Of a stretch of DNA of 64,000 bases, positions 1-11,905 are shown one piece after another. Below the pieces are notes generated by a model, which did not search any database, was not told the DNA's origin, and was given only the letters and a program-made list of their open reading frames with translations. Source of the stretch: Takakia lepidozioides (taxonomy: Eukaryota; Plantae; Bryophyta); contig CM060732.1 in NCBI GenBank assembly GCA_030704615.1, positions 44,640,001 to 44,704,000 on the forward strand, written 5' to 3'. The translations under genes and the position numbers were made by a program. Position 1 is the stretch's first letter; every line of letters starts with the position of its first letter.

Positions 1-524
1 TTTCCTATACATCTGCAAAAAAGCACGTTCAAAGTAATGTTTGACAACCACAAACAAGCCAGCAACAAGGAGCCGAGCCAACAGAAACCAAGCATAAGAA
101 ACCTGAATAAGAAAGTGAAGCCTCCCAAGTTGTTAGTGCTACTGACCAAGGTAGGGACAGGTCCAAAAACCATAATCAATAAGAGACCTACGTTCTCTTT
201 TCATGAAACATTTTCGACAATGACCTATCATGAATGGCTGAAAGTAGAGCTACCATACACAAGGGAGCATGCCCATCAGAATATTAGATCGGAAGGATAT
301 ATACACATGACATGAGACTTGGCTTCCCCTAGCCTTGCACCCGGTCTGGAAGGACAACAAATATAGGGTAGAGCTAGAGAAGTGAGCGGATAACCATCTG
401 GAATGGGATCTACCTGTGGATGTAAAGCAATTTCTGGCCTTCCACACTACCCCTTCATTGCTCCTTACCATGATATCAATCTGATGCAAAAGACGTCCCA
501 TGCAGCTGTAAAAAGAGAACACAC

Positions 525-1984
525 CTTTCTGGCGGCTTCAAGTACTACATCTTCAGATAGAAGTTTGTGTGGCTTCACCCCAGTTGTATAGCGCGAGGAC
601 TGAGGACAATACGAGCAATCTTCAGAGCACCCTCCCGTCTTGATAGACAGCAGTGTGCACTGCTGAACCTCCCTCCACTTGTGTGCATGCCTGTGGACTT
701 GAGCCTGCATAATCACTTGGACACTTTAGCTATGAAAAATCAAGATAGTGCTCCAGACATTAACGTTAAGACTTTCTCGCCACCAATGAGTACCTTAGTG
801 GAGTTTTCTAGGTTGTGATAAGTTTTAAGTCTGCAGGATGACAGTTTATCCAATTCATCAATGTAAGTTTAGAGTAACAACTTCATACAGACATTAAAAT
901 GAAGCTCAAACAAGATATACACCAGTCCAAGTCAAAAACCTTAAGGGGAAAACTGATCCATGATGTCCGCTAGCACTCAGCAGGAAAAGCTTGTGCAAAA
1001 ATGCACAAAGACTTTTGATGGAAAGGTAAGCAGAAGGGGCCTGCTGACAGTTTCTCCAATTGTTTACACAGTTGCACAGGCATCTGTTGTAGAGTCCAAA
1101 ATCTGGAACGAAATACCTACCTTGTGTAATTCAATTAATGAGGCTTCCTCATTCCTCCTTAAACTCAGGGGCTAGGAACGCAATCTCTCACTCGGGAGTG
1201 TCTGCTAGTTCACTCAATGATTTTCAGTAAAGTTATCTCCCCCTTGTACTCAGTTAGTCAAGGAACAGACAACAGGTCAACAATGGTGACAAGGTCTAAA
1301 GTTCTCCCGTCCCCTTCTCTCCATGTGTGGCCGAGCCTCCCTTTTGACTCCATCTTCCTCTTCTAGAATGTACATTACTTACCTGACGTCAGTCCATCCC
1401 CACGTTCTCCTCTCTGATTCAAATTCATATGTGGGTTGCCACCTTATGTCACTATGTACATGCGCAATTACTCTGTACATCTGATGTCTTCCTAGTTTCC
1501 TCTCTATTTCTTCTTTCCCGTCTAGACAAATTTTTTCAACCTCTCTCCACGATACATTCCTTCTTCTTCCCCGTCGCAAAATCAAGAAACAATACCCGAT
1601 GCAAGAGCAGGAGATCCTTACCCCATGGAAGAGGAGATCCATCAAAGGAGAATCGTAAATTGATTGAATGTCTTCTCGGGTCCAATCATTTCTCTGACCG
1701 TTTCTAACAGCATTGTCTGCGGCGATGGCAGCTGCCGAATTCTGGCCAAACGATGTGGGATAGCTTGCAGGACGGAGTGGCCCAAACAAGTAAGAGGAAT
1801 CCGGCAGCTGCGAAGAAGAAAGGGAATCACTCGCGACGGACGATGAATAAGTTACGGAATGCCGGTACGTAGCGAAGAAAGACGGAATCTCATTGCAATC
1901 CCCCGCAGCCCTTACAGCCCAGAAAGCAGAGAGGGAAGGTCTTATAGACGTGAGCCGCTTCATCAGTGGCCCCGTCATCGCCAT
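525..1984 (-). CDS. BIO2: Biotin synthase (radical SAM), first two coding exons: 1984-1622 and 704-525; remainder presumably beyond the left window edge
   Basis: Transit-peptide-like N-terminus, then [24 protein letters not shown] | [39 protein letters not shown] with the CxxxCxxC radical-SAM motif; GT..AG boundaries at 1621 and 705. Confidence 0.95.
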
Positions 1985-2174
1985 TGTACTACCGCACAGC
2001 AACTAGAGCACTCTAGAGACCCGCAATCGGAGCTCAGCAACACAGACACGAGAAGGAAGGCAGCCAACATGGGATGTATCGAGGCCGTCATACATGCATG
2101 GCATGCCACATATCCATGTCAGCCACCCATCTCCCTGCACTTTTTGACTCGGTTCGTTCAGCATCACAATCTTA

Positions 2175-3452
2175 GGTAACACCTCCCTCTGGTAACATCT
2201 CTCTTACTGAACAATTTATGAAGAATAAATTGGAGAACAAAAATGATGAATTCTCAAGTTGGATTTTTTTTTAAATAATAAAAAGAAGGCGGAAGATCCG
2301 GAAATAAATTGGAAACACAAGCCTAGTGGGCCCTAGGAAGGCAAAATCAAAGGCTCAGCTTACTTATGAGGGTCCTAAAACTTCTCAGGCTCAGTAGCGG
2401 ATACCTGCATCCAGGAGATATGCAAAGACGTTTTACATTTCCTACCATACAAAAGTTCAAAAAATGAGATTTTGGTACTGGCATGGATAGAAGTCCTATA
2501 GGCAAAGAGCAGAATAGGCACAACAATATCCCATTCATCAATGAGTGTTCCATTCTTCTTGAGCATCTGACATATAGTTTTGTTAAATCATTCTGTCAAA
2601 CCATTGCATTGGGGATTGTAGGGAGCAATAACGGCATGCTTAGTGTTGAGATTAAACAAGACAATCTCCATAAGTTGGTTGCAGAACTTTGTACCTTGAT
2701 CCGTGGGGATTTCAAGAGGGCAACCATGACGAAGTATCACCTTATCAAAGAAGAACTGCATCACCTCATCACTATCCTTAGCAACCAGGGGTCGGAGCTC
2801 AACCCATTTCGTCAGGTAGTCCGTAACAACCGCAAGGTATGCATGGCCCTTGGACGTGGATTTAAGGGGTCCGACTAGATCTAAGCCAACCCTGGCAAAT
2901 GGTTCAGTCACCGGGATTGGCTGCAAAGGTAAGGGGGCTTCGGTCCTAGGTAGGATGGTTTTTGCATGACAGGGTACACACCTTGCAATGAAAGCTGAGA
3001 CATCTTTAACTAAGCCTTTCTAGTGATACTGCTCCTGTAATCTCTTGACAGTTTTTGCAACTCCCAAATGGCAAGCATAAGTAGAAGCATGGTATAATTC
3101 GAGCAAAGCAGGGACAGCGGACCTAGAAGGGACTTCCACAGCAGAGGTACCTTCCAAAGCAGTGACTTTGAACAATCTTCTTTCTCTTTCCCGGTGGCTG
3201 GGTAAGTGATAGTTGACTTGCCTCATGAGCAGCTATGATATGTCACTAAGGTGGGTGCCGGTTTCGCACCTATGGAGAGCCTTGGTCCTGCTCTCTTTTT
3301 TCATGCAAGATAGAATTGACAGTTTGGTTTGGACATATCAGCTCTCGTCTAAATTAATTAAAAAAACCGATGGAAGGCCTCAAGTTTATTATGGATGAAA
3401 GTAGATTTCACTATACACAAAGAGGAGCCATACACGACTAGCCGCTTGTTGG
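2175..3452. repeat. Dispersed ~130 bp repeat unit split in two (2175-2260 and 3379-3452) by an ~1.1 kb insertion
   Basis: The two halves match the uninterrupted copies at 27035-27170 and 27262-27372 (e.g. ggatgaaagtagatt...gagccatac.cgactagccgcttgtt); ctcaagtt occurs at both 2253-2260 and 3379-3386. Confidence 0.7.
2347..3226 (-). mobile_element. Decayed Ty3/Gypsy-like integrase (HHCC zinc finger plus rve core), with in-frame stops
   Basis: ORFs 3020-3226, 2588-2926 and 2375-2566 give YHASTYACHLGVAKT...RCVPC, PFARVGLDLVGPL...VVTDYLTKWVE...TDQGTKF...YNPQCNGLTE, WDIVVPILLFAYRTSIH...LLYGR. Confidence 0.88.
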
Positions 3453-3584
3453 ATGTGTGCCTGGTAGGACCTAGGAACAGGCTACTAAAATGTTCTAAAA
3501 AATTGGCAGGAATATGGTCATTTCCTATCGAAGAGAGCCAACTTTTATCCGCATAGCCGATTGTCATGGATGGACCGAAACATG

Positions 3585-3670
3585 GCAATAGGGCCCAACC
3601 CCCAAAAGGGGCAGTAGCCGTAAGGCGAAGTGGCTCTCACTTACTTCTGTTTTGGCCGGAGTCCTCTCTT
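3585..3670 (+). repeat. Short structured repeat, probably a non-LTR element 3' end; second copy inverted at 48541-48620
   Basis: gggcccaacccccaaaaggggcagtagccgtaaggcgaagtggctc...tggccggagtcctctct matches the reverse complement of 48541-48620. Confidence 0.7.
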
Positions 3671-3774
3671 TGTCAAACGCCGCCAGCTGATGTACATCAA
3701 AGAGCACTGATACCCATCCGCAAATCCGATAATGAACTAATGATCCAAGAGGATCATTTCCCATCCATTTTCTT

Positions 3775-3972
3775 TTGTTTAAAAAAAAAAACACTTGAGC
3801 GACAGCTCACAAATCAGGCCCCTTGATACTGAGAGGAGAAAATGACCTCTTTCATAATAACCTCGCCATGAAGGCTTTCTGATGGGACATCGCCAAGGGA
3901 AGGGGGAGAAGAGCATACCACACCCGTCAAGTAGCAGGATTTGACCCCAGTGGCACTCTATGCTACTGACTG
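3775..3972 (-). mobile_element. tRNA-derived SINE, same family as 28432-28650
   Basis: Reverse complement reads gcagtcagtagc...ggggtcaaatcctgctacttgacgggtgtggtatgc...gaaagaggtcattttctcctctcagtatcaaggggcctgatttgtg, matching the 28432 copy; B-box-like motif present. Confidence 0.75.
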
Positions 3973-4169
3973 CAGGTCAATTTTCATTGAAGAGCACCGA
4001 TTATTGTCATTTACGGGACTCAATTCCCGTCCATGTACCTTCGCAGTGATGACCAATTTTCATGCTCATTGTTTCCCCATCAATGCTTTGTGAAATTATC
4101 CTACTTCATTTTGTCAAGCTATATGTATACATATATTATCGTTTAAAGGAGGTTGGGTAGTGTGTGAAC

Positions 4170-5411
4170 AGGCTCACGCGAGCACAGAGGCATATTCTGC
4201 ATGTTCCAGAGAATATGCGTTAGCGAAACCAAAATGTGCTCACGCGAAAAAAAAATACAGAACTATCTGAAAACTGTGCTCACGCGACAAAACTTATGAA
4301 ATTAATCGTCCAAAGCTTAACTCACGTGAGCACAAAGACCCACAAATATATCCGCCAAAACTCCAAGGTCAGCGAACGTAAACAATGTGGCATTTGGTGA
4401 AACACTCTCTGTAGAACATCCCTAGGAACCACCCAACAAATGGGTTTCGCTAGCAAAACACAAACACATCTTGGGGTTTTTGACAGCAAAACTTGGGTTT
4501 CATCGGCGAAGTTGGGGTCTTTTTTCTTTTCTTTTAAAAAAATATATATATGTTTCTCCCTTTCAAGCTCCTTCTGTATGTTTAAAATTATATTTAGACA
4601 CCATGTAGATCCTATTAAGGCAGAAAGACCCTATGTCTATTTATTATATATATTTCCGTTGGCATACATATCACCCCCATAACCATGGATCCTGCTCACG
4701 CGGCGTCTTTTTTGTGCTCATGCATACCAATCCCCGTTTAAAGGAAGGGCATAAAGGCCATTTTACTCAAATTAAAGATGTAAATATGAACCCACACTAT
4801 TTAATCGGGTTGCGTTGTTTAGATGAACCATTGTAATTTTTGTACATAATTGAACAATGAGAGGACATAGTTTTAGGGTATTGGTATGGCGTGAGCACAA
4901 AAAATCGCCGTGTGAGCAGGGTCCACGGGTATAGGGATGATATGTATGTCAACGGAAATACATATAATAGACGGATATAGGTCTTTCTCCGTTAATAGGG
5001 TCTTCATGGTGTCTAAATATAATGTTGAACATATAGAAGGAGCTTGAAATGGAGAAACCCTTTAAAAAAAACCAAAACCAAAACCAAACCCCAATTTCGC
5101 TGACGAAACCAAGTTTCGCTGGCAAAAATCCAAGAATCTCTAGAGAAAATCCAAGTTTGCGGTTCGCTTGCGAAACCCATTTTTTGGGTGGTTCTTGCCA
5201 CATTGTTTACTTGCACTGATCTTTGAGTTCTTGCAGATATATTTGTGGATCTTTGTGCTCCCGCGAGTTAAGCTTTGGACGATTAATTTCATGACTTTTT
5301 TTTTTGCGTGAGCAGGTTTCCAGATAGTTTCGTAATTCTTACCGCGTTAGCACATTTTGATTTCGCAAGCGCATATTCTCCAGAATCTTTTAGAATATAC
5401 CTTTGTGCTCA
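4170..5411. mobile_element. Foldback/MITE-like element with ~550 bp imperfect inverted arms (4170-4735 and 4876-5411) and ~140 bp spacer
   Basis: e.g. gagaatatgcgttagcgaaaccaaaatgtgctcacgcg versus cgcgttagcacattttgatttcgcaagcgcatattctc; recurring GTGCTCACGCG sub-motif; no coding capacity. Confidence 0.85.
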
Positions 5412-6453
5412 TGCCCAACCTTTAGTTCTAGAACATCCAAGTAGTTAGTTCAGTCATCTCCGAGTACAAACTTGGTAGCAAAACAAAATGTGTAGTGCTT
5501 CGGTCTTAGTATGACCAAGTAACTAGTACTCAGTGAGTGATTTGAGCTATAAACTTAAGAAAAACCAATTTGCAAATGGGTCTTTCACTTCGTTATCTAT
5601 CACAACATAGAAGCATGAAACCTCCTCAAGTTCTGAGGGCTGCAGCGAAAGTGTGATGTCTTTAAATCCATTGTCAATTAATGGACCATACATACCATCG
5701 ACTCTAACTTCACTGCACCATTCATGAGTGCAACAAACTCATGCCTTCTCATCCAAAACTATGCACTCCAGGGAAACCAACACTTCCAGTGCTTTAGACC
5801 TGAGAACCTCAGTTTATTCAACCCACTTGGCTCCCGCAATAACCATGATGAACCAACTTTTTAGTAAACTGGTCCCTCACCTACCCAAGAGGATGTTACT
5901 GGAAGAGTCAGTAGAAATAAGCTGGAGTGTCCTGCTAGGCGCAAATGCGGTTTATAATTGCCTGTCTCCCCTTGTACATTCTCTTTGAATGAAAGAGGGG
6001 TGAAGATACTCACCTATGCTTTTATGCCAGAGATGAACATGCTCATCACAAAGTGGCTTTCTACATATTTTCTTGACTGTAGGGGTGACATGGTTGAAGG
6101 GCTTGTGGGAAGCCATAGGCACAGTTTTCTTCAATGTGCAAGACCCTTGTCCCATGGAGAAGAATGTTGCAGATGGATTCATGTGCTAAGAAATATTGCT
6201 CCGCTCCACCGAGAACTCTTCCACTTAGGGAGTATCGAACAAGTAGCTATCTTTGACTCTAAAATAGACCAGAAAGATGTAGCTCATGAGGCTAAATTGC
6301 CCCAAAGGCTGGAATTGTTCCATAAACTGTCTATCACATACAAGTAAAGTCAACTTTCGATATCAGGGACTATTGCCATTATTGACCTAACAAGTAGGCT
6401 TCATCTGCAAAGAGAAAAACAATGGTATATGTTACAAATAGCGGTTTGAGATG

Positions 6454-9400
6454 TCAAGACTGTGACAGCTCTGCGTTGACATCGCCCCACCTGACATGAT
6501 ATTTGGCTGCCAAATAATGGGCTCCAATTGGACCCCTGCTACCATATGGATACCGCTCAGGGGCCACCTTCCGCAACTCCAATTCTTTCAGCAAAGGTGT
6601 GAAGAGTGCCCATGCAGCATCCAGTTCATCACTCCGAATGAAAAGCCGGCGCTCACCCTCAATGGCATCCAGTAACAACCGCTCGTATGCATCTGGGATC
6701 TCCCGAGAATATCTGGAAAAAACCACTCTCTTACTATGTCAGCATGAATAGTCCAAAGCAACCAACTACTTTCAGAAGTCACTTCAACAAGTTGGCACCA
6801 CTACACCAGCCTGACAGTACATGCCTCAGCAGATAAAAGGGCATCCTTGACCCTAGCAGCCCGCATAATCGAGTATCACACAAGACAGCACGAGGTAATC
6901 ATCAACCCTGAAGAGTCTGCCTTCCACCTGAACCTACAGGACAAGCAGTCCGCAATGCTTCTCAGGTAGTCTTCATAACCAAAATCTGCTCCACAACTAT
7001 CTAGGTGCTATGTTGTGGATATGAGGAATGAGTCCAAAGAAATCCACAATTTCATACCGATCAGCGTAGTGAAGGTTGAGGTTTGAACGGTCCAAGCGCA
7101 TGCCCAGGCCAGGCACCTTGTTGTTGATTTTGAGGTAGATGGCTTCATCAGGCTGCACACGGATCACCAGCTCATTGGTTGCCTGGTCAAGGTCAGTGCC
7201 AAAGCTGCGCTTGTACAGATTGCCTGGCACATGCCTGAACTGCACACGTATCTCCGCTCTGCCATCCCCCAACCCAATCAGCTTTCATGGAATTTCAAGA
7301 ATGCATGGAAGCTCTTGAAAGTTGGCAGACCTCCATACCAGTCAGCAGATTAACAGGTGCCAAAGGAAAGAGGTAACGAGCAAAATTACCGTTTGCTATG
7401 CAGGGCCTTGCCAGCCTTCATGAGGAAAGGAACCCCATCCCAGCGCGCATTGTCAATGAAGAGAGCAGCTGCGGCAAAGGTGGGAGTAATGCTGTTACTT
7501 GGCACTGTCTTGTCTTCGGTGTACCCTGGGTATGTGACACCACCACGAGTGTGGCTCTTGTACTGTCCCACCACCACATTTTCTGGCTCAATCACCCTCA
7601 TGGATCGCAGCACCTTCACCTGCACGAAGGGACACACCAACACCTGAGCCAACCTGGGAGCACAATGCCTCCTACTTAAATTCCTGCATGGGAGTCAGGA
7701 AATATCTGGAACCCTGTCTTTGTGCAGTCAATTACTGTATCTTTTTGAAGGACCCCGCTTTGTTGGGAATCAAGCCTGTTCTTTTACTAATTTGTTGCTT
7801 TTGCTAAGACTGTATGGTGAAACTTCAAGGGAGACAAAGCTTGCAAACAGTAATTGACCTCATGGCAAACCCTAGTTGATTGCCAAAGTAGCTACACACC
7901 ACACCTTCTCATTTCGAATGTCTTCAGCATCCAAGCTGACAGGTGGCTCCATTGCAAACAGGGCCAAGATTTGAAGCAGATGGTTCTGCATTATGTCCCG
8001 AATAATGCCATAGTTGTCAAAGTACCTGCATACCATTCCTCAAAATGGGACATTACATGACTGGTGATGAGTTAGTTCTAATAGCTGGACCCCTCATTTC
8101 TGAGGAAGTAGTCCACAGAAGAGCAAACCTCCACAATTTGAGTAATCTCCAGCTATGGCCAGTCATAATACTTTGCTTGCAGTTATGGGTAGAACTTAAG
8201 CTTAGTCTCTCACCTATCGTGAAAGCGAGTAGCATCCTGCACACACGCCACAAAAACAAAAAGCAAGAGCAAAAAGAGCAAGCCAAACCCTCACCCGCCT
8301 CGGCCCTCAGTCCCAAAGTCTTCAGAAAAGATGAGCTGCACATTGCGAATGTACTGGCGTGTCCACAATGGTTCAAACACCAGGTTGGAGAACCGCAAAA
8401 CTGACAAGTTCTCTACGAGCTCCTTTCCCAGGTAATGGTCAATTCTGCATGCAAACCAAGGGCACTCTCTTAAACCTCTGATTTTCTTTATCTGAGTTGA
8501 AAAAAAAACCGCCAGAGCACACTGACAAAATTTTAAGTGCACGATTTAAACATGTCACACAAACAGTGTAAAGGACCTGTTGATGGATGGTACAAGACAA
8601 AAAGCAGCCAGAAATACTGGGCCTGACAGGAAAAAGAGAAGTATTGCGCATCTAAGCAAAACCAGCCGCAAACTGGCAGCCTAATTTCCCCCTGCAGATT
8701 CCACACAGTTTGGCCAAGTTTAGTCTACATCTTAACCATCCAAAGATACTGCAATATCACACACTGGCACTGACTATACTCCACAACCAACTCAGGATCC
8801 GCACATATGCCTGGCCCCACCTGTAAATCTGGTCTTCCGTTAGATATTGCTTCAGACCCCTGGTGAGCTCTGCTGAAGAGTCAGAATCACGACCGAAAGG
8901 CTTCTCCACAATCACACGTGTCCAGCCTTTTGTTGAAGAGGCAGACCGGCTTGCACAGCGGGCAACATCGATAAACACATTCGGGGGGATGGAAAGATAG
9001 AACAGCCTGTTTGCCACCCTGCCCCCCTGCCATGCACGTGTATCTCACATCAACTGGCATGCACACTGACAAACTATCACATTGCACAGACTAGGAAACA
9101 TGCACAACTGACCTCGTGATCATGCAGTTTGGAGTCAAGCTGCTTGAAACTCTCCTCTGAATTATACTGGCCGGCATAATAAAAGCAGCGCTGTAGAAAC
9201 TTCTCCATCTTGTCCCCGCAATTTTCTCTGCATTCAGGCACACATATACAACCTTGTATAGACACCCCTTATGCACGTCTTCCCTCTTCTCCAATCCAGG
9301 ATGAAAGAGATGGTCCATGGAAGATGTCAATGCCCAATGACGTCCCATGAGGTAGCTCACCAATGCAAAGATGGAAGCAACAAACCCACAGAGTCCAACC

Positions 9401-11044
9401 ACAGCACATCCCAAAAAATGAGGTCATTCTCAGAGTGTACTAGGTCCACTCGGAAAACTCTTAAGCTCATCAAAATCCAGAAAAATAAAGTACAAATGCT
9501 GGAGAGTCTACCTTTGATCAATGCGGCAGGTGAGTGTTGAACTAATCATGTTACGTAACTCCTCATCTGTCATCTTGCTCCGAGCAAAACCAAACACTGT
9601 AAAATGCTGCCATTGGAGGACCAAACCCAAGTTAGAACCTGCCAGTGTGAACAATAGACTTGGCATTCAGAGAGACTCGCCCCAAATAAAAACTAGGAAA
9701 AACGCAATCAAAGTTTATTGAAGAGGAGAGGGAGATGAGAGATGAACCTTTGGTAAGCAGCCCTCATAGAAAAGAGCAAACAAAGCTGGGAAGATTTTCT
9801 TCTTTGCCAAATCTCCAGAAGCCCCAACAACAGTAATTGTGACGGTGGACTCCGTGGTGGCTGCACTCTCATTGGATGAAACACGACTTTCACCCTCTTC
9901 CTTGGGTATCACAGAGGCCTCCTTTGGTGACCTTGTCAATGCTACCCCTGTTCACACTAAACTCTTTTCAGAACCACAGATGCGTATTCTAGAGTTGAGG
10001 GATTATATATGCAAAGTACAGGATAAACAACCCTCTAAGCCACATACAGCTCCACACAGATGCCTGCGGGGGAGTGAGTAAATGCAGTTGGAGTACCAGA
10101 GTGCCTAATTTACACTCCAGAGAAACACGGTGTTGCCCTGAGATTTCACACATTAGTAGGTATTGTCCTAGAGAAATCAGTCTGATTAATATATACCAAT
10201 GTGAGAGCCTAGTAAACTATGAACTCAATTTTGAGAGGTCATCAAGGATAAGTCTGATTTAATTATGAGACTGATCAATGTACCCAATCTTAGGTATTGG
10301 CAAGCCCAACAGCAATGAGGCTTAGCACTGAAGAGGACAGAACAACCAAATATCTCCCTCTATGTTACAGATTTTTCTGTTGTTACGAATGGTAAACCAT
10401 GACTGCCTAATGATGACCAACCCAGAAGGTCTCGTGTATAGACCCACATTCAAGGACACCTGTACGGAATCCAAAAACCCCAGATTATTGCTAGTGATTG
10501 TCTTGGCAACTGTGTGAGTGTCAACAAGATCCACAACTTACAATGTGCCGAATGAGTTTGCATCTAGCGCTGCCAGGAAATAGGCACCCCCTAAACATGA
10601 TTCGGACATTTCACATAAAATTATCTAGCAGCATGGTCAGGGGCGCACAGTAAAGCGGTATGGGGAAGACAACACGAGCCAATTATCGGCCATAATTCTG
10701 GAGGCACCCGAATTTACTGTTCCGATGCGATCGCCTGGCATTGTAGTGATCAGAACTCTTTCCTTGCAGGCACGGCCTAATCTACAGAGAAACTACGTGA
10801 CAGGGAGGGCACAAAACTCACCATCCGGAGATACCAGGGCGGCTGCAGTGGCCATGTCGTGTGCTGCGCGCAGGACCTGGCCATTGAGCTGCTGGGCACG
10901 CGGTCGGGCAACACAGCATGCGGATCCGCGTGACATCATCATAATCATCCGCCCCTGTGGCTGCCCTTGCGCCCACACCACGCTCTGCTGCCCCCACGAA
11001 GCAGCCTGCAAGCCACCCAAGGCTCCCGCTGCTGCCATCGCCAT
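6454..11044 (-). CDS. G6PD: Plastidic glucose-6-phosphate 1-dehydrogenase; exons 11044-10822, 9947-9748, 9606-9512, 9227-9113, 9026-8821, 8444-8295, 8025-7905, 7619-7390, 7258-7058, 6712-6454
   Basis: [20 protein letters not shown] (NADP-binding), RIDHYLGKE (catalytic), [34 protein letters not shown]; transit peptide; redox Cys pair [11 protein letters not shown] typical of plastid isoforms; GT-AG introns with consistent phases. Confidence 0.97.
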
Positions 11045-11641
11045 CCCCGATCCGGAAAAACGGATCCCCTAACACAGGAGAGCCGCTTCTCCACTGCCCC
11101 TCCGAAAATTTGATCTCTCCACACAACCCAACGATTCTGCCACCGCAAATGTGCGAGACACAACAAGATTGCCACAACCCACGCTCCGTTGGAGCATGTA
11201 CAATGCACTGCAAGCAAGCACGCTACAGTTATGGCTGCCTTTGTCGCCTGCGAAGAGTCGAGAAGGCAGGGCGTGCGGCGATATGATCAAGCTCGTCTGC
11301 TGCCTTCTCCTCCTCGTCTGCGTGGGCGGACCCTGCCAAGTGTTGGGCCTGCATTCTGGGGGGAGACCAAGATTCTTCGTCTCTAGGGTTTTATTCTATT
11401 CCTTCTCGGACTCTTCTGTTTATCATTATAGCTATGTACCCCAATTCATTTGGCCAGTTTGGGAAGGTCAGGCAACCCCACACTGTGGGAAGAGCCAATC
11501 AGTGGGGCCGCGGGAGGCTTGGAGACTTTGCTTCTTCCCTTTGGGATAGTTTTACCCATTTTGTACAGTCACCCCACTTGGGTCTTTTTATAAAGCTATA
11601 CAAGAATTTGGATTGTGTTGTGTTGGTTTTCTTCAGTTGTA

Positions 11642-11905
11642 CTAGGGTAGCCTGTGCCGTTGGCATCCAATGTCATCTAAGTCCAAGTGCATCAAAAATA
11701 TGAAGCAAGCCATATCCAATAAAATATTTTCCACAGAGCCGACGACCAAATTTGAACCAGAGACCTTTGCCTTGATATCTCTCCCTTGAGGCTCCAACCA
11801 TTGTCCCAAGAATGCCCACTTTGCCAATTTTGCTATTTTTTGTGAATTTCCAGCGACCAAAAGTACTTGGAATTCGACATCTCCTACACCGCGGGTCCAA
11901 AAATC
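11642..11905 (+). repeat. Partial copy of the terminal region of the SWIM-transposase element, fused directly to a Gypsy integrase
   Basis: ctagggtagcct, tgtcatctaagtccaagtgca and gaatgcccactttgcca.ttttgctattttttgtgaatttccagc.accaaaagtacttggaattc all recur at 26037-26494. Confidence 0.85.

Noticed and set aside
250-350. Third BIO2 exon
   Set aside because: An acceptor-like site exists but no frame gives the expected AKEAGSTRFCMGAAW; the next exon is probably outside the window.
5728-6347. Small ORFs downstream of G6PD
   Set aside because: No recognisable motifs; probably 3' UTR or intergenic sequence.
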